A stretch of DNA of 64,000 nucleotides from Phoronis australis (GCA_002633005.1 NMRA01000415.1:221161-285160), one strand, 5' to 3'; shown: positions 1 through 11,835, counted from the stretch's first letter. Notes: generated from the letters alone by a model not told the origin. Made by a program: numbers and translations.

Positions 1-183
1 GGATGGCTGTGTTGTTGTTTTTGCTCTCAACTCAAAAGTAGCCGTTTCAAAATGGAAGATGGACAGAAAATGCAGGCAGTTGACGAAAACGGCCATTGGA
101 AGGAAGCAATTGAGCGGGGAGTAAATGACAGCGCCGGGAATTCACGTCGGTTTTCCTGGATGGCCGTCTGAGTTTGACCAGCT

Positions 184-243
184 AGTAGTAGCAGTGGCAG
201 TGGCAGTGGCAGTGGCAGTGGCAGTGGCAGTGGCAGTAGTAGT
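184..243 (-). repeat. (GCAGTG)7 plus (TAG)n microsatellite, the 3' tail of the LINE
   Basis: Direct reading of 184-243. Short tandem 3' tails are typical of CR1/L2-group elements. Confidence 0.85.
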
Positions 244-513
244 TATCCTTATTTAAAAGTCGGTGAGCCTTAACAATGAAACGTTAGCACAAGTGCTATT
301 ATCCGACAAATTTAAAATCTACAAAATGAACAGAACTAAAATACTAGCTAATTCTACAGTACTGTACGGAGAATATACAGAACTTAAACACACATGTTAC
401 GGAGCGTGTAGGCATCCATATCAGTTTTCACAAGAGCAGATCTCAGAGAAAAAATTATGAGCAAGAGTGGCAAATTCGTTTAAGGTAGTACATTGTCTCA
501 TTACTGATGGCAA

Positions 514-3260
514 TTAGTTCCACAGCAAAGTAACTTTATGGGAGATTGAGTTACATCCGCAAGTCATCGTATTAAAGCGTTTCACAAAGAGACAGTTTTC
601 ATCTCTGAGACCGTATCCAGACTCTCTAAATTCAAGCTTTCTTGACAAAGGAAAGGGTCCAATAATATGAACATTTTTGAATACTTCAATAGATAAACAT
701 TTCATCAGCCAACTAGTTAGAGAGCAGCTCCTAGCCTTAACTAAGAGTTGGGAGTAGCTGGACTCGCTGTCATTGAACACAAATTTTAAAGCACGGTGTT
801 GTATCTTTTCCATTTTCCTAGTACTTTTCTGTATTCCGCATAGGTGCCAAACGAGGGGGCAGTGATTAAAGTAGGATCTTATAAATGCATAATATAAGCT
901 TAGTGTTAATGCCTAAAACATTTCAAAGACGGAACAAGGCATTCATCTGTCTAGAAGCTTTTTTGCAAATAACATCAACGTGCTCATGGAATTTCAACTG
1001 GCTGTCAAGTTGGACACCCAGCAGCTTAACGGACTCTTCACACTCAATCATAGTATCACCAGACATGAGATACCTATCATTATTATGTACACGATTCCTA
1101 GAAAAGATGATTGAATTAAATTTACCAAGGTTTACAGCCATTCCATTAGAGGAGAACCAATCCATTGCCATCTGCTCAGCTACCTTGAGGCTGAGGCGAA
1201 CTGCAGATAAAGAGGAGCCTACTTGCAATAGGGTATTGCCATCAGCGTAATTATAAAACTTACAGTGACCACTTATAGCGTAAAATATATCATTGATAAA
1301 ATGTTGAATAACATGGGGCCTAAGACAGACCCTTGAGGAACGCCCTTGGGGACATTTAACCAGTCACTGACAGTTGAGCCAATTTTCACTCTCATCTTTA
1401 TATCATTGAGATAGGATACTATGAGGTTACAGGTATTCAATGTGCAGCCATAGGCTTTTAGTTTGGCAACAAGGAGCTCATGGGGGAGGCAATCAAAAGC
1501 CTTAGACAGATCAATTAGTATGCACCCAGCAAATAAATTATTGTCCACAGGTAACCTTACATCTTCAGTTAGGCGCAACAAGACGTCCTGACAAGAAAAA
1601 CCTTTACGGAAAGCACATAAATTTTCCTTTAAAATTTCATCAAAATGTACTTTCAATTGGTCTAGAATAAGTCGTTCAAAAACTTGGTTGGCAGCAGTTA
1701 GCACACCAACTGGTCTGTAACAGGATTTATCCGTTCGATCCCCTTTCTTAAATACAGGGCTAACCTGACTTTTTCAACATAGAGGAATGCTCATTAGAGG
1801 CTATACACTTGTTGAATATGGGTGTCAGGGACTTGCATATTGCATGAGCGCCATACTTGAGGAATCTCGGATGTAATGAGTCGTAACCCATCGATTTATT
1901 GCATATAATGCCCTTAAGCTTACACAGGACGTCGTTTTCAGTGACAATTGAGAAGCTGAGGACCCGTTGAATCGATCCTTCTGCACTTTTGGAGAGAATC
2001 GAGGTGAGACTCGGATGAGAAGTATAATCATTGTAAGAATTTAAATTTGGAAACTGGGAACTGATTGATTCCACCGATTCAACAAAGTAACTATTAATGA
2101 TTTCAGCTACCTTATCAGCATCCGTGACAACTTGACCATTTTCATACAACGTTATCCCATTTCTGTCTGTTCCTTCACATACAAAAGGCTTAACAGTCTC
2201 CCAGAAGAGCTTTGAATTGCACGAGTTATTGATGTCACTGTTTGTTTGGAAATACTGGCATATGGATTTTCTTTTCAATTTAGTGACTAGATTTCGCTGG
2301 GATCTATAATTCTCCCAGTTTTCAGCATTTCTGTATTTAAAGTAGCGGCGTCTGAGCATTCCCTTGACATTTATGGCTCTTCTAAGTTCGCCATTCATAT
2401 AAGGGACAGGAAGCTTCCTTAGGACCTTGGTCTTCATTGGAGCTCAGGAGCTCATTATGAAACCATAAAGCATCATCAGTATCATCAAAAATGTTGGCTA
2501 CATGAAAAGGTGCTACCTCAAGGTCCCTATTGTAGTCAGTTATAGAGAACGATTTCATGAAGCGATAAAAATTTTTTCTGGGTTGATATTGCGAGATTTG
2601 GACTTTGGCAATACCACCAACAACATGATGAAAATCACTTACACCCGAATCATAATTCAAGATTCGAACTAGTCTTCTAGGCTTGCTAGTTAGGATAACA
2701 TCTAGTAGAGAGGGTGGGCCCTTGAAACATATGGGCTCCTTGACAGCGCTTTTTAGACCATAGACATCCATGAAATCGTTTAGTGCATTGTTACAAAGCA
2801 TGTTCACATTCATATCTCCTATGAGAAAGATCGTGTCACTCTCTAGCTGGACTCTACTCAAGATAGTATCAATACATGTCAACAGACCTACATTTTTCAC
2901 TTGCGGTGGTTTATATATACATATGAAGAACCACTTATCTCTCTTAATGACAACTTCCAGGACAAGACATTCCACAATTCCGTGGGTACATTCCAGGTCT
3001 TGCCTTCGCTTATGTCCCAGATCACCTCTGACATAACACAAAATACCACCACCATGTCTACTTCTATCATTTCTATGTGGTATATAGTTAGGGACAGAAA
3101 ACTGCGCTGAGGCAAAGGACTCGTCAAGCTTTGTTTCAGAGAAAAAACTTAAATGTACATGAGAGATTCTGCAACTTCATCAAATTTTGAGGAGAATGAA
3201 TTGATATTAAGGTGAGTGAAGATAAAGTTAAGTTCGTAAGCCTTTCTCAACGCCGTAGCA
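514..3260 (-). pseudogene. LINE ORF2 (apurinic endonuclease plus reverse transcriptase), broken into several frames
   Basis: APE motifs HLNINS, SETKLD, YKPP, GDMN, LLDVILT, SDFHH. RT motifs LIDLSKAFD, GVPQGSVLGPMLFNI, YADG (variant YADD), KLLGVQLD. Covered by ORF fragments 2382-3041, 1760-2437, 1273-1704, 923-1228 and 514-813. Confidence 0.92.
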
Positions 3261-3424
3261 TTTGTGTGTGTTGCATTATCTCTACTAAGGGTCCCTGAAG
3301 AGGGGAGGTTTGTTATTGAGTTGACTGTATTCAGTTGTGGATCATAATCCTTTTCATCATAGTCCGGGTTCAGTCCAGGGATCAGTGGCAGGGTGTGAAC
3401 GGTCTTTGACTCATGGCCGAGGAA

Positions 3425-4633
3425 TCAATTTGACCTGCAGTGTTTGGCCTTGTGGCCAGACTTATGACTCTTGTGACAATTAATCAGACGGCCGTGGCGG
3501 CACTGGAGTTTAGTGTGTCCCGTCTCAGAGCAAAAGTAGCACCGAACGTTCCTCCTGTAGTTTGACTGTCTTTCCTCATGGTGGTGAGATTTATTTCTCG
3601 GCTCTTTTAAAGTTATGTTCTTATTGGCTTCTACATTGTTTCTCACCAGCTTTGTTGTACCACGACTGGTTGGATAGACATCGTCATAAAGAAGCATCGA
3701 CTGTGCTGTCCATGTGCTTGAAGGTTTTATCATTGTCCACAAAATTGACATTGAAATCTTGGCACAGTTTGAGCAACATACCATTGGCAGCGTTAACCTG
3801 GTCATTTAGTCAACCCCCCCTTGGTAGAATACTGGATACATAGGTCTCCGAGGACTTGTGCAAAGCACTGGTAAGTAGTGCGTTGAATGAGGTTTCCAGA
3901 GCGTCCACAGAGTCATGACAACTGTCATTTGTGCCCACATGTAAGGTGATGGAGTCAAGTTTGTCGATTGTTTCCAAATGTTCTTTTACATGCATAGCCT
4001 TTGCCCCGCTCAAAGTTTTCACCATTGTGCCCGACATCGTTTTAGAGTCAACCTTGTTGAGGATCGAGTCACCAATAATCAGGTTCATCTTACTCACATT
4101 TCTGACCACAGTCTGGTTCTCAACGGGCAAATCACTCCTGGGTTGATCAGCGAGCTTCAATCGGAGTGCATCCACCTCGTCTTGTTTTTGTTGTAATGGA
4201 TTCTTCAACGTTTCAATTATCGTACTCTTTCTTGTAATTTCCCCAAGAGCATCATTTAACTGGTGTCGGATAAACCTTATATCAGACGACATGTTTCTGC
4301 ATCAGGGGCATGGCCAAAAGGCATATTTGGATAGTGAGGTGATGCCCATGCATGTGTAGTGGTACCATCTAGTGCATAGGGAGCATTCAACCATTCTTCT
4401 TTCCTCGCGCCCTTGCTTGACACAGTCATCAGTGCAGAATCTTTCAAGATCTATGACAGTTTGGTTGGAAGCAACCTGTTTAATTGAGGTTTGGAGCTAG
4501 GTGGCGAAAGTTCAGTAATACTTTCACTTTGAGAGGTTTTGAGTGGCGATAAGATACTCCATAGAGAGCTGCTCGGAGAATTCCGTTCTGTTCTGGTGGT
4601 CGTCATCTTGACCGGTGTCATTACTTCCGCCAT
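3425..4633 (-). pseudogene. LINE ORF1: PHD finger, coiled coil, SGNH-esterase-like domain and two CCHC zinc knuckles, frameshifted
   Basis: About 4440-4290 reads CTDDC...MVECSLCTRWYHYTCMG...WPCP*C (PHD). 3810-4292 has IIGDSIL, LHVGTND, SSILPR (esterase). 3425-3805 has CYFCSETGHTKLQC and CHKSHKSGHKAKHC. Confidence 0.8.
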
Positions 4634-5419
4634 CGTTGAGCCGTGATTCTTAAGAGGCTGAACCGATCGACTACGTCGGGCTCGGGACCTGGTGAAGAAA
4701 AACGTAAGTATTTTTTGTCATCCCTTATGCTCGCATGATGCTGTTGGCTGTATAGATAAAGTATACCGTGTTTGCGTGGGATTTTGTCTTCACGAAATTA
4801 CAGACTAGGTACTTGTACCACATTTAAAGTCAGAGAAACATTGTTACTTACTGAAAGGTCAACGTCTGGACGAATCTACCATGGTGCCTTCAATGTTGTT
4901 TTTGTTCTTTGTAAAGTAGATTTACTGTAACAAGTCTGATGTTGTCGGATTGATTTGTATTCCGGGATTTCCAATGCCAGTGGCAGATCCAGAATTTTTC
5001 GAATGGTGTTCGCAAATGAAATAATATCAAGCCATTGTTTTAAATTACCATTTAAGTTTTATTAATAAGAGGTGGAGACAGCAATCTGCAGCCATGTGTT
5101 TGTTACCTCATTTGTTCTCATTTCTTTACATTTGTTTATGTTTCATTTCCTTGTTTTCTGGAGATCTACCCAACCCCCTTGCTATAGTGCACTCTCTGTT
5201 GACTGAACTTGATCACATAATTGATAAGCCATTGTATTCTGCATACCAGTACTAGCCTAACCCTTAATCCTACACACCTGACCCTATTGTTCACTCTTGA
5301 CTTTTGTTTACAAAATAATCCAGTCCAGTCTACACCCTGATTGCTTAGTTTAATATTTAGCACAGATTCCAGTGAGTAAACTGTATTTCACTTGTTGAAC
5401 CTTTTCTTACTATCATGTT

Positions 5420-5605
5420 GGCAATGACCATCGCCTCTGTTGGCCCGAACCAGAGGCGATGCAGCTCCTATAGGCGCTCCATGATTCGCCAGCTGTCACG
5501 ATTGATTCACGTCTCACTCTCCGGTCTGTCTCCGGTTACGTTCACGGGCGGCTAGACCGGAAAGACACCGGAGAGAGTATAATAATTCAGTGGCTGTACT
5601 GTAAG
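5420..5605. repeat. Composite repeat fragment: hairpin end shared with 9014-9080, joined to an inverted end of the MITE at 54597-55786
   Basis: The hairpin catcgcctctg...cagaggcgatg (5429-5461) recurs at 9026-9058. About 5487-5603 is the reverse complement of about 54597-54710 and ends in agtggctgtactgta. Confidence 0.7.
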
Positions 5606-6047
5606 CCGGTGGAGCGTGAGACCCCTGAGTTCCCAATCGAGTCCTCACGACAACTGCCCTCTTCAGTCGCCAACCGTGGATAACAACAAAATTGCTGCAG
5701 TAATTGGTAGTTACAGTATGTGTGTTCCCGCTAAAGACTGCACTTTTGGTCAGATGAGATTTACTTATTTTTCAGAAACTGTTGTGTGGAGTGTAATACC
5801 AGAAGACCAGTCATGTAAATCATTTCTAGACTGTGACGCGCTCATAATTACTTGATTTGCGAAGTGGGTGCGCTAGATCGATTTAGTCACTTACTTAGTT
5901 CTAAGAATGAAATGTCTAGTGTTGGAATATCTAAGTACATATGTAGAATTATCACGTACCGAACAGTTACATGTACAGCCCATTCCCTGAACTGTGGACG
6001 CACTGGACGTCATAACAATTATTCAGACTAAAGAATAACCCCCTTTC

Positions 6048-6947
6048 CTAAGAATCAAAGACAAACTGTTGACCTCCTTTCGTTAGAAATTCCAGGGAAG
6101 ACCAAGAAACAGCCACCATGTATTGTTCAACAAAAGTCTTGAGTTCGTTAGCAGAATTAACTATGCGTTTTCTGGGAGCCATTTCTTCACAGTTAGCTTC
6201 ATACATCGCCATTTCACGGCTTGTAGCTTTGAATACATAGCACATTCCTGGAGGATTAATGGCTATACAGACACTATTATGTAATGGATGGCCACTACTA
6301 TGCAAGTAGACCGTCTTATCCAGTAGTAGTGCTAACTCATCGAGTGAAAATGCATCTAGCTTGAAAGTATACACGTTTACCCATTGGGCCTCTTCAAAAC
6401 TTGGAACGAATGGATCTGTCTCCGTTACGAGCTGTTGTCGAACATAATATTCACCCACTTTGGAATATTTGCTCTTCACATAGTTATGCTGATAAGTCGT
6501 AGATTCAACTTCAAAATCCAAAGGGAATGCATCGAAAGCAGGTCGGGCAATTCCAAGATCTACCAAAAAGGTGTCTCCCTTTTCCTGGAGGTCCTTAACG
6601 ACGACAATCGCGTGAGTCGGATGTTTATATTTCCGCAGCTGCGCTACACTGCAATGCACACGATAGCCCAGTCCTGACAATAGAGCACACATAAAGGTGT
6701 TCAACTCAAAACACATTCCTCCACGTAGGCTCATAACGTTCTCTTTGACCGTGTCCCAGCTTGGCACACATCGTGCATGCTTCGGAATCAATAGTAGATT
6801 CAAGTTAGTAAATGGAACGTGTTGACTGAATGCAGTGATTACCTGCTTCAAAAATGTAGTCTTGTCCAGTGTCAACTTGTCCTCAATACTGATTCCAATG
6901 TCCTTTAGGAAACGACTGATTTCGTCCCGGGATAACTGCACTGCCAT
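6048..6947 (-). CDS. Arylamine N-acetyltransferase (NAT family), single coding exon, about 299 aa from the ATG at 6947
   Basis: Contains HVPFTNLNL, RGGMCFELN (catalytic Cys), THAIVVV (His) and FLVDLG (Asp), the Cys-His-Asp triad of NATs. The ORF track starts at a TTG at 7007; the first in-frame ATG is 6947. Confidence 0.9.
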   Translation of the reverse strand: MAVQLSRDEISRFLKDIGISIEDKLTLDKTTFLKQVITAFSQHVPFTNLNLLLIPKHARCVPSWDTVKENVMSLRGGMCFELNTFMCALLSGLGYRVHCSVAQLRKYKHPTHAIVVVKDLQEKGDTFLVDLGIARPAFDAFPLDFEVESTTYQHNYVKSKYSKVGEYYVRQQLVTETDPFVPSFEEAQWVNVYTFKLDAFSLDELALLLDKTVYLHSSGHPLHNSVCIAINPPGMCYVFKATSREMAMYEANCEEMAPRKRIVNSANELKTFVEQYMVAVSWSSLEFLTKGGQQFVFDS

Positions 6948-7204
6948 GTTTTTATAGCTTGTGGTGGTGGTGGTGGTGTTTTTCGGGTTGTTTTTACAGT
7001 TGCTCAAATGAAGCTGGATGCCGTCTGCATCATCGTGTTGCTGAAACTACTTGTCGCAGTTATGTGTCCAGTCACATCGTTAAGGGTCAATAATGTTTGA
7101 ACAGGAGCCCTTATCGGAACACGTCTTTGTATACTGAGGGATTCCATGCAGCTCCTCAATTGCCAAACATCAGGAACCCATTCCAAAATAAAGCCGTGGA
7201 ATTG

Positions 7205-7570
7205 TCTTTTTTCAAGTCTATTTATGTGGGTAAATATTTATGTGGGTAAATGTTTCCATAAAAATTGATTAATTGTAACTTTATTCCCGTAATGCGGATC
7301 AAATTTGACATCCCATGGGCGGCGCACCATAAGGGGCTGAGGAAGCTTTTGCCCCCCACTTTTTCAGTGCTGACGCCGCACGTGGTCTACTAAGGCGGTG
7401 CACCACAGGGGGGCTGAGGCAGCTTTAGCCCCGCCCAAGTTTTCAGTGCTGCGTCGCCCATGCATCGGCTAGGAATGTTTCTAAGTTACCAATATTTGCT
7501 GGGCGTGGACTCATGTCTCAACTTGACTTCAAGGATCGATAGATCCGCTCATAGCAAGCGTATGAGGCTG
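7205..7570 (+). repeat. Dispersed repeat, second copy at about 15968-16170; this copy carries a nested 149-bp MITE at 7314-7462
   Basis: Both copies share tttatgtgggtaaat...tttgacatcc and ctaggaat.tttctaagttaccaatatttgct. The insert has TIRs catgggcggcgca / tgcgtcgcccatg and a catcc/catcg duplication. Confidence 0.8.
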
Positions 7571-9626
7571 GTTTGGTATATTATGACCGGTCGTGCGCCA
7601 CTCAGATACATGCAGCTCGCGTTGTCAATATGACGTCATATTAGAGAGTGCTACACAGGACTAAAATAGCGGAAAACACTGGGAGCCTTACGGCATCAGT
7701 CAGGAAATGCGGGGCTCGCAGTGTTATGCCTGCAGCCAAAGAGTTAATTTTTTTGGTCCTGCCATTGAGTCATGGTTTTTTTTTTGGTTCGGCAATGGAG
7801 TTTAGTGGTGCTGCAACTAGGTTTTTACTTTCTACCACCATAGTTTAACAGGAGCGACTATATGTGTTGTTTCCACATCAGTCTTGGTGATTGAGACCAT
7901 ATAAGATCAATTAAAAAGATAATTACTGTCCACCATATGCTGTTATCCAATGATAATTATATTTAAGTAAATATTTGGTATTAATAACAGTTATATATAT
8001 TTTTATTTGTACAGAAAAAAATAACATCCCCGAACTTACTCGCCAGCCACGAAATCAGTACGTCTAAGTGAATAGTGTATTCTCTATTGAAATAAATACT
8101 GCTTTAAAACTCATTTCTTAATATGTATACCAAAATCAGATGTTTTCTGTTGTATCAAAGCAAACAAATCCATGCAAAATCTGTACTAACTTATGTCGAA
8201 GGCGATATTCGAAATTTTGTAGAATTTCCGGCACTGCCTGCACTCTCTTTTGTGACGAAACTTGCGCAAAAAAGTAAAGTGCGTAGTAACCAAAATATTA
8301 AACCTGTACGACTGAATTGCGCATCCAAACTTTACCCAAAATACAGAATTTCCCACTCGAAACCGAATGGAAATATAACCAACCGAGCCTATGTAGCATT
8401 ATGACACCGTGAAAAATGACCCAAGTCAGCTTTTCTAAATTTAAGGTGAAAAAATTACAGCCCATGAAAAAAATGACCCCACGTCCGTGACACCCAGCCT
8501 CGTCATTATTCAGCGGTTCCCCGCAACGGATAAGCAGACGGCGTGGGTGAGAGAAGAATTTATTTTAAATTTCTCGGCTGATACATGTATGAGAATCGCG
8601 CAGTACGTATATAAGATTAAAAGGGAACTGTATTTTATTATTAATAAATTTTGGCTGGTTTTCTATGAGTTGTTGATTAATTTCACGAATAATTCAACAT
8701 CAAAAAGTAAACGTACATTTTTTAAATTTAATTTAAAAAATTGGTTGAAAGAGTTCTGTAATCATCCGCTTTGAGCGCTGCTTCTAGCTACGTATTTGGC
8801 GGGGTCAAAGTTAGTCAGCGCCATATTTTAGTGTGGTGTTCGTTGTCGGAATAAGAAATTTTATTGTGAAATGTCGGGTCGCCAGGGATATCTGTTTGAG
8901 CCTGAAGCAACACAACGTAACACCCAGTCGACGTTATCGTCAGAAGAAAACAATTTTGTACAACCATCTCGCGTCTGTAATTTACACTGGTGTGACTGTG
9001 GGCAATGCGGACTCTAGGCAATGACCATCGCCTCTGTTGGCCCGAAGCAGAGGCGATGTAGAGGCTATAGGCGCTCTGTACGCCGGAAGCTTTTCGGCGA
9101 ATTATGCCTCGCACCGACTAAACCATCAAAGTCACGTTGTTACAAATACCTTTTGCGCATAGAGGAACACCTTAGGAGGTTGTCGATGTGTTTAATCCCT
9201 TCCAACTCGAACAAATACTCCCGTTATGAAACTTTTTCTTCGAGCAGTCCCTATTTCAGTTCCCAAAATCGTGAACTCANCGTTCTCCCATTGAGTCTAA
9301 CTTGTTAAGTTGTATATCACAACAAGTTGGTTGTAGCCAATATCTTACACTGACGACTGATTAAGTCCGTTCTCATAATTAGGGTTGGAGGTTCAGTGCT
9401 CTTTCGTTCGATAATTGCTATAATCTCCGATAAGATCGTATCTTATACCCTCAACGGGCTGTGCTGGTAAAAATAATTTAAGGTGTAAAATGTTTGAACA
9501 TAAACCAATGACATTTCTGAATTGTCCATCAAATACTGATCAAGCTTATGTTTTGAATCATCAAAATCACTCAACTACAATCGTAGTTCAGACAGTCTAT
9601 TCTGTCCGAACGTACCATAGACATCT

Positions 9627-9990
9627 TAAAGGAGAATGCCACCCGATTTAATTAATCTTTTTTTGCCGTCTTAATCGGTCTATATCCACATCGCCTCGCA
9701 TTCGGTCGACCTTACCTTGCCAAGAGGTGTCGCGTTAACCTTTGAGGAAGGTGAGAAACGACGCTAGCGGCGTCAGTGGTTCATATGCAGAGTGAATGCC
9801 GCTATGTTGCGGTGCATCGTTCCTGCTTGTCCGAACTAAGCAGCTGCGAGGAAAGCGGGTATATCGTTTTTTTTACTTCCTCGAGAGTCCTAAATGCTTA
9901 GGAAGTGGCTCATGGTAGTGAAGAATGAAATGTACGCTGCAAATAGCATGTATGAGGCCGTGAAACATCTCCGTGTCTGCGGCCTGCAGA
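9627..9990 (+). mobile_element. DNA-transposon relic with a degenerate THAP domain (Kolobok-like)
   Basis: From 9804 it reads MLRCIVPACPN*AAARKAGISFFLLPRES*MLRKWLMVV...LRVCGL, a THAP pattern with two stops. Upstream ttaa-aggaga at about 9627 resembles a TTAA-flanked Kolobok terminus. No matching right end was found. Confidence 0.55.
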
Positions 9991-11718
9991 CGTCGACAGT
10001 GCCTGACGAATGCCGGCTTACCAAATAACTCCATACGTTCCGTTGTCTGAGCTTGTTCACGGCGCCTCTCTAGTATTTCTTCATCATTGTATTCCTGTTC
10101 GAATTGATAGCCTGTAAAACTAAACGATCCACCTGCGAAGTCGGGACTGATGAGCTCTGGCTCGTCCTAAGACGGGATTGCCAGTTGCCATCGTTGGCGT
10201 TTATAACTGAGCGTTCTGTTTCAAAATGAATTATTCTCAACCTAACCAATGCTTATATAAAACTGAAACAAAGTCTGTCTCATTAGATGCAATTTGTAAT
10301 GCCTTTGGAGTGTATGTGAGTGCAAATGGTTGACTTTAGGTGCAATAAAACTAATTGACGGGACACCTCTGCCGTGTGAGCGCATGCTAATTTAGTGTTT
10401 GCTGGCAGAAAATGTTGTGAAACAACCATTTGTGTTACTGAATTCCGCATGGGGGCACGTACACTATATTTTGTTAGCCTTTTTGGTTCATTTTTCAGCA
10501 GAACCCAGTCAATATCCACACTTTTGGTTTGTTTAGATATTGAATAATTTGCTGTGTTGCCTTGGCTAAAATACATCTATTCTGCAGTTCTTTTTATTAC
10601 AGAGTGTGAACTTGAGTTTTTAACCTTCTTTACAGTAGGTGAGGGTTACTAACGCAGAAGTTACAAATTGCGTAACGAGTGCCTATTTTATGATAAAACC
10701 TACCATTTCTCAATGATTAAGCACAATTTCATCTAAGTGATTCTGAAGGTGACTCGAGTAGGAAATTGACCTCACTCGTATTATCGAAGAAGCACGGAGC
10801 GGACGTTCAGCATTTTTAGGTCGTCACTTTTGGCGAATCCAAATCCGGGAATACGAGTACAGAGCATGCGGTCAGTCGTATTTTCGAGCAGGCATTTGTG
10901 GCTGTGTCGAGGATTGGCATGAATTTATTTGTGTTATTTTTTGATTTTTGAAGTGCATCAGATGTCATTTATCTGTGACACCGGGCAAAACTTAAAGTTG
11001 CATGGAAGTAGTGATGATGTATTTTTACACTAGTTTTTATTTTGTTACTAAAACTTTTATGATTATTTTCACATGTGTTGAAATTCAGTCATCGTATGGT
11101 GTTGTTTTTTAGAAAAAAATATCATACGCAAACATTCAACCAGAAAACGTAAAGGGAAAGGGTTCCTCGTGGTAGAAATTTGTAAAATTTTCATTTTTTG
11201 TTTTTTGTATTAGTCATTTATGATGTTCATTTCCTGCAAAGTGATGTTGCTCTGTTTTCACAACAATCTCTTATTGCATGCTAACATGTCATATGAACTG
11301 GCTAAATCTTCCATTCTAGTCATTTACTATTTTAATCTGAACTTAAAGCAGCTATTTAAAGCATCATTGCTGGCATTTTGTATGTTTATCGTTACATAAA
11401 ATAAAGCTTTTGAACAAAAATTACTCGTTTGTTTTTTCTGGCTACTATATGAATCCCTGCTTCAGTTGCTGGAAGTCCATTCCATATTATTTACTAGTAC
11501 ATTTATCAGCACAATCTGTTTTGAAACCAAACTGTACACTGCATAAGTGGATTTAGGCTTCCCTTCCGCATACGTTAAAAAACGGCTCCGACATGTGGTT
11601 TTCAGTTCCTGGAATCCTTAGCCAATTCTGATACCTGCTACTGATTCAGAAATCGTAAAAGTACGTTCCATATTATTTATCTGTACAATCACTAGCACAA
11701 TCTGTTTTGAGGTCAAAC

Positions 11719-11835
11719 GCGGGGCGGATCCAGGTCTTTTTAAAAAAGGAGGTCCAAGTCAACAATTTGAAAATTCTAGATTTTATCAAGGGAAAAAGGG
11801 ATCCGGAACCCTTTGGTCCTCCTGGATCCGCCTAT
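11719..11835. mobile_element. Short MITE with ggcggatccagg / cctggatccgcc TIRs; a related degenerate element follows at about 11851-12066
   Basis: Inverted termini are visible and a caaac direct repeat flanks both sides (11714-11718, 11836-11840). Confidence 0.65.

Larger units (their letters stand above)
184..4688 (-). mobile_element. Non-LTR retrotransposon (CR1/L2-group LINE), apparently full length but inactivated by frameshifts and stops
   Basis: ORF1 and ORF2 (APE endonuclease plus RT) fragments lie in order on the minus strand. The 3' end has aaataa followed by a microsatellite tail. The flanks rejoin into one reading frame with a 2-bp CT overlap. Confidence 0.93.
52..4703 (+). pseudogene. 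Frameshifted Tudor-knot/chromo-barrel-like exon (52-183 plus 4689-4703) split by the LINE insertion
   Basis: ttcaaaATGG at 52 reads MEDGQKMQAVDENGHWKEAIERGVNDSAG, then after a +1 frameshift IHVGFPGWPSEFDQ. It continues beyond the LINE as LVKKN followed by a gtaagt donor at 4704. The G-x-x-x-x-A-x-D...W...V-x-F-x-G-W-x-x-x-F-D pattern resembles PHF20/MBT/Agenet-type barrels. Confidence 0.5.

Noticed and set aside
885-4196. Plus-strand ORFs over the LINE, and the antisense ORFs over both TRIM genes
   Set aside because: These are shadow ORFs opposite real coding sequence, with no independent motifs.
7004-7186. 60-aa ORF abutting the NAT ORF as a possible N-terminal extension
   Set aside because: Different frame, TTG start, no recognisable motif, and the NAT frame has a stop upstream.
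9280-9280. Third single n join
   Set aside because: No duplicated flanks were detected, so it is noted only as an assembly gap that makes spacing across it unreliable.
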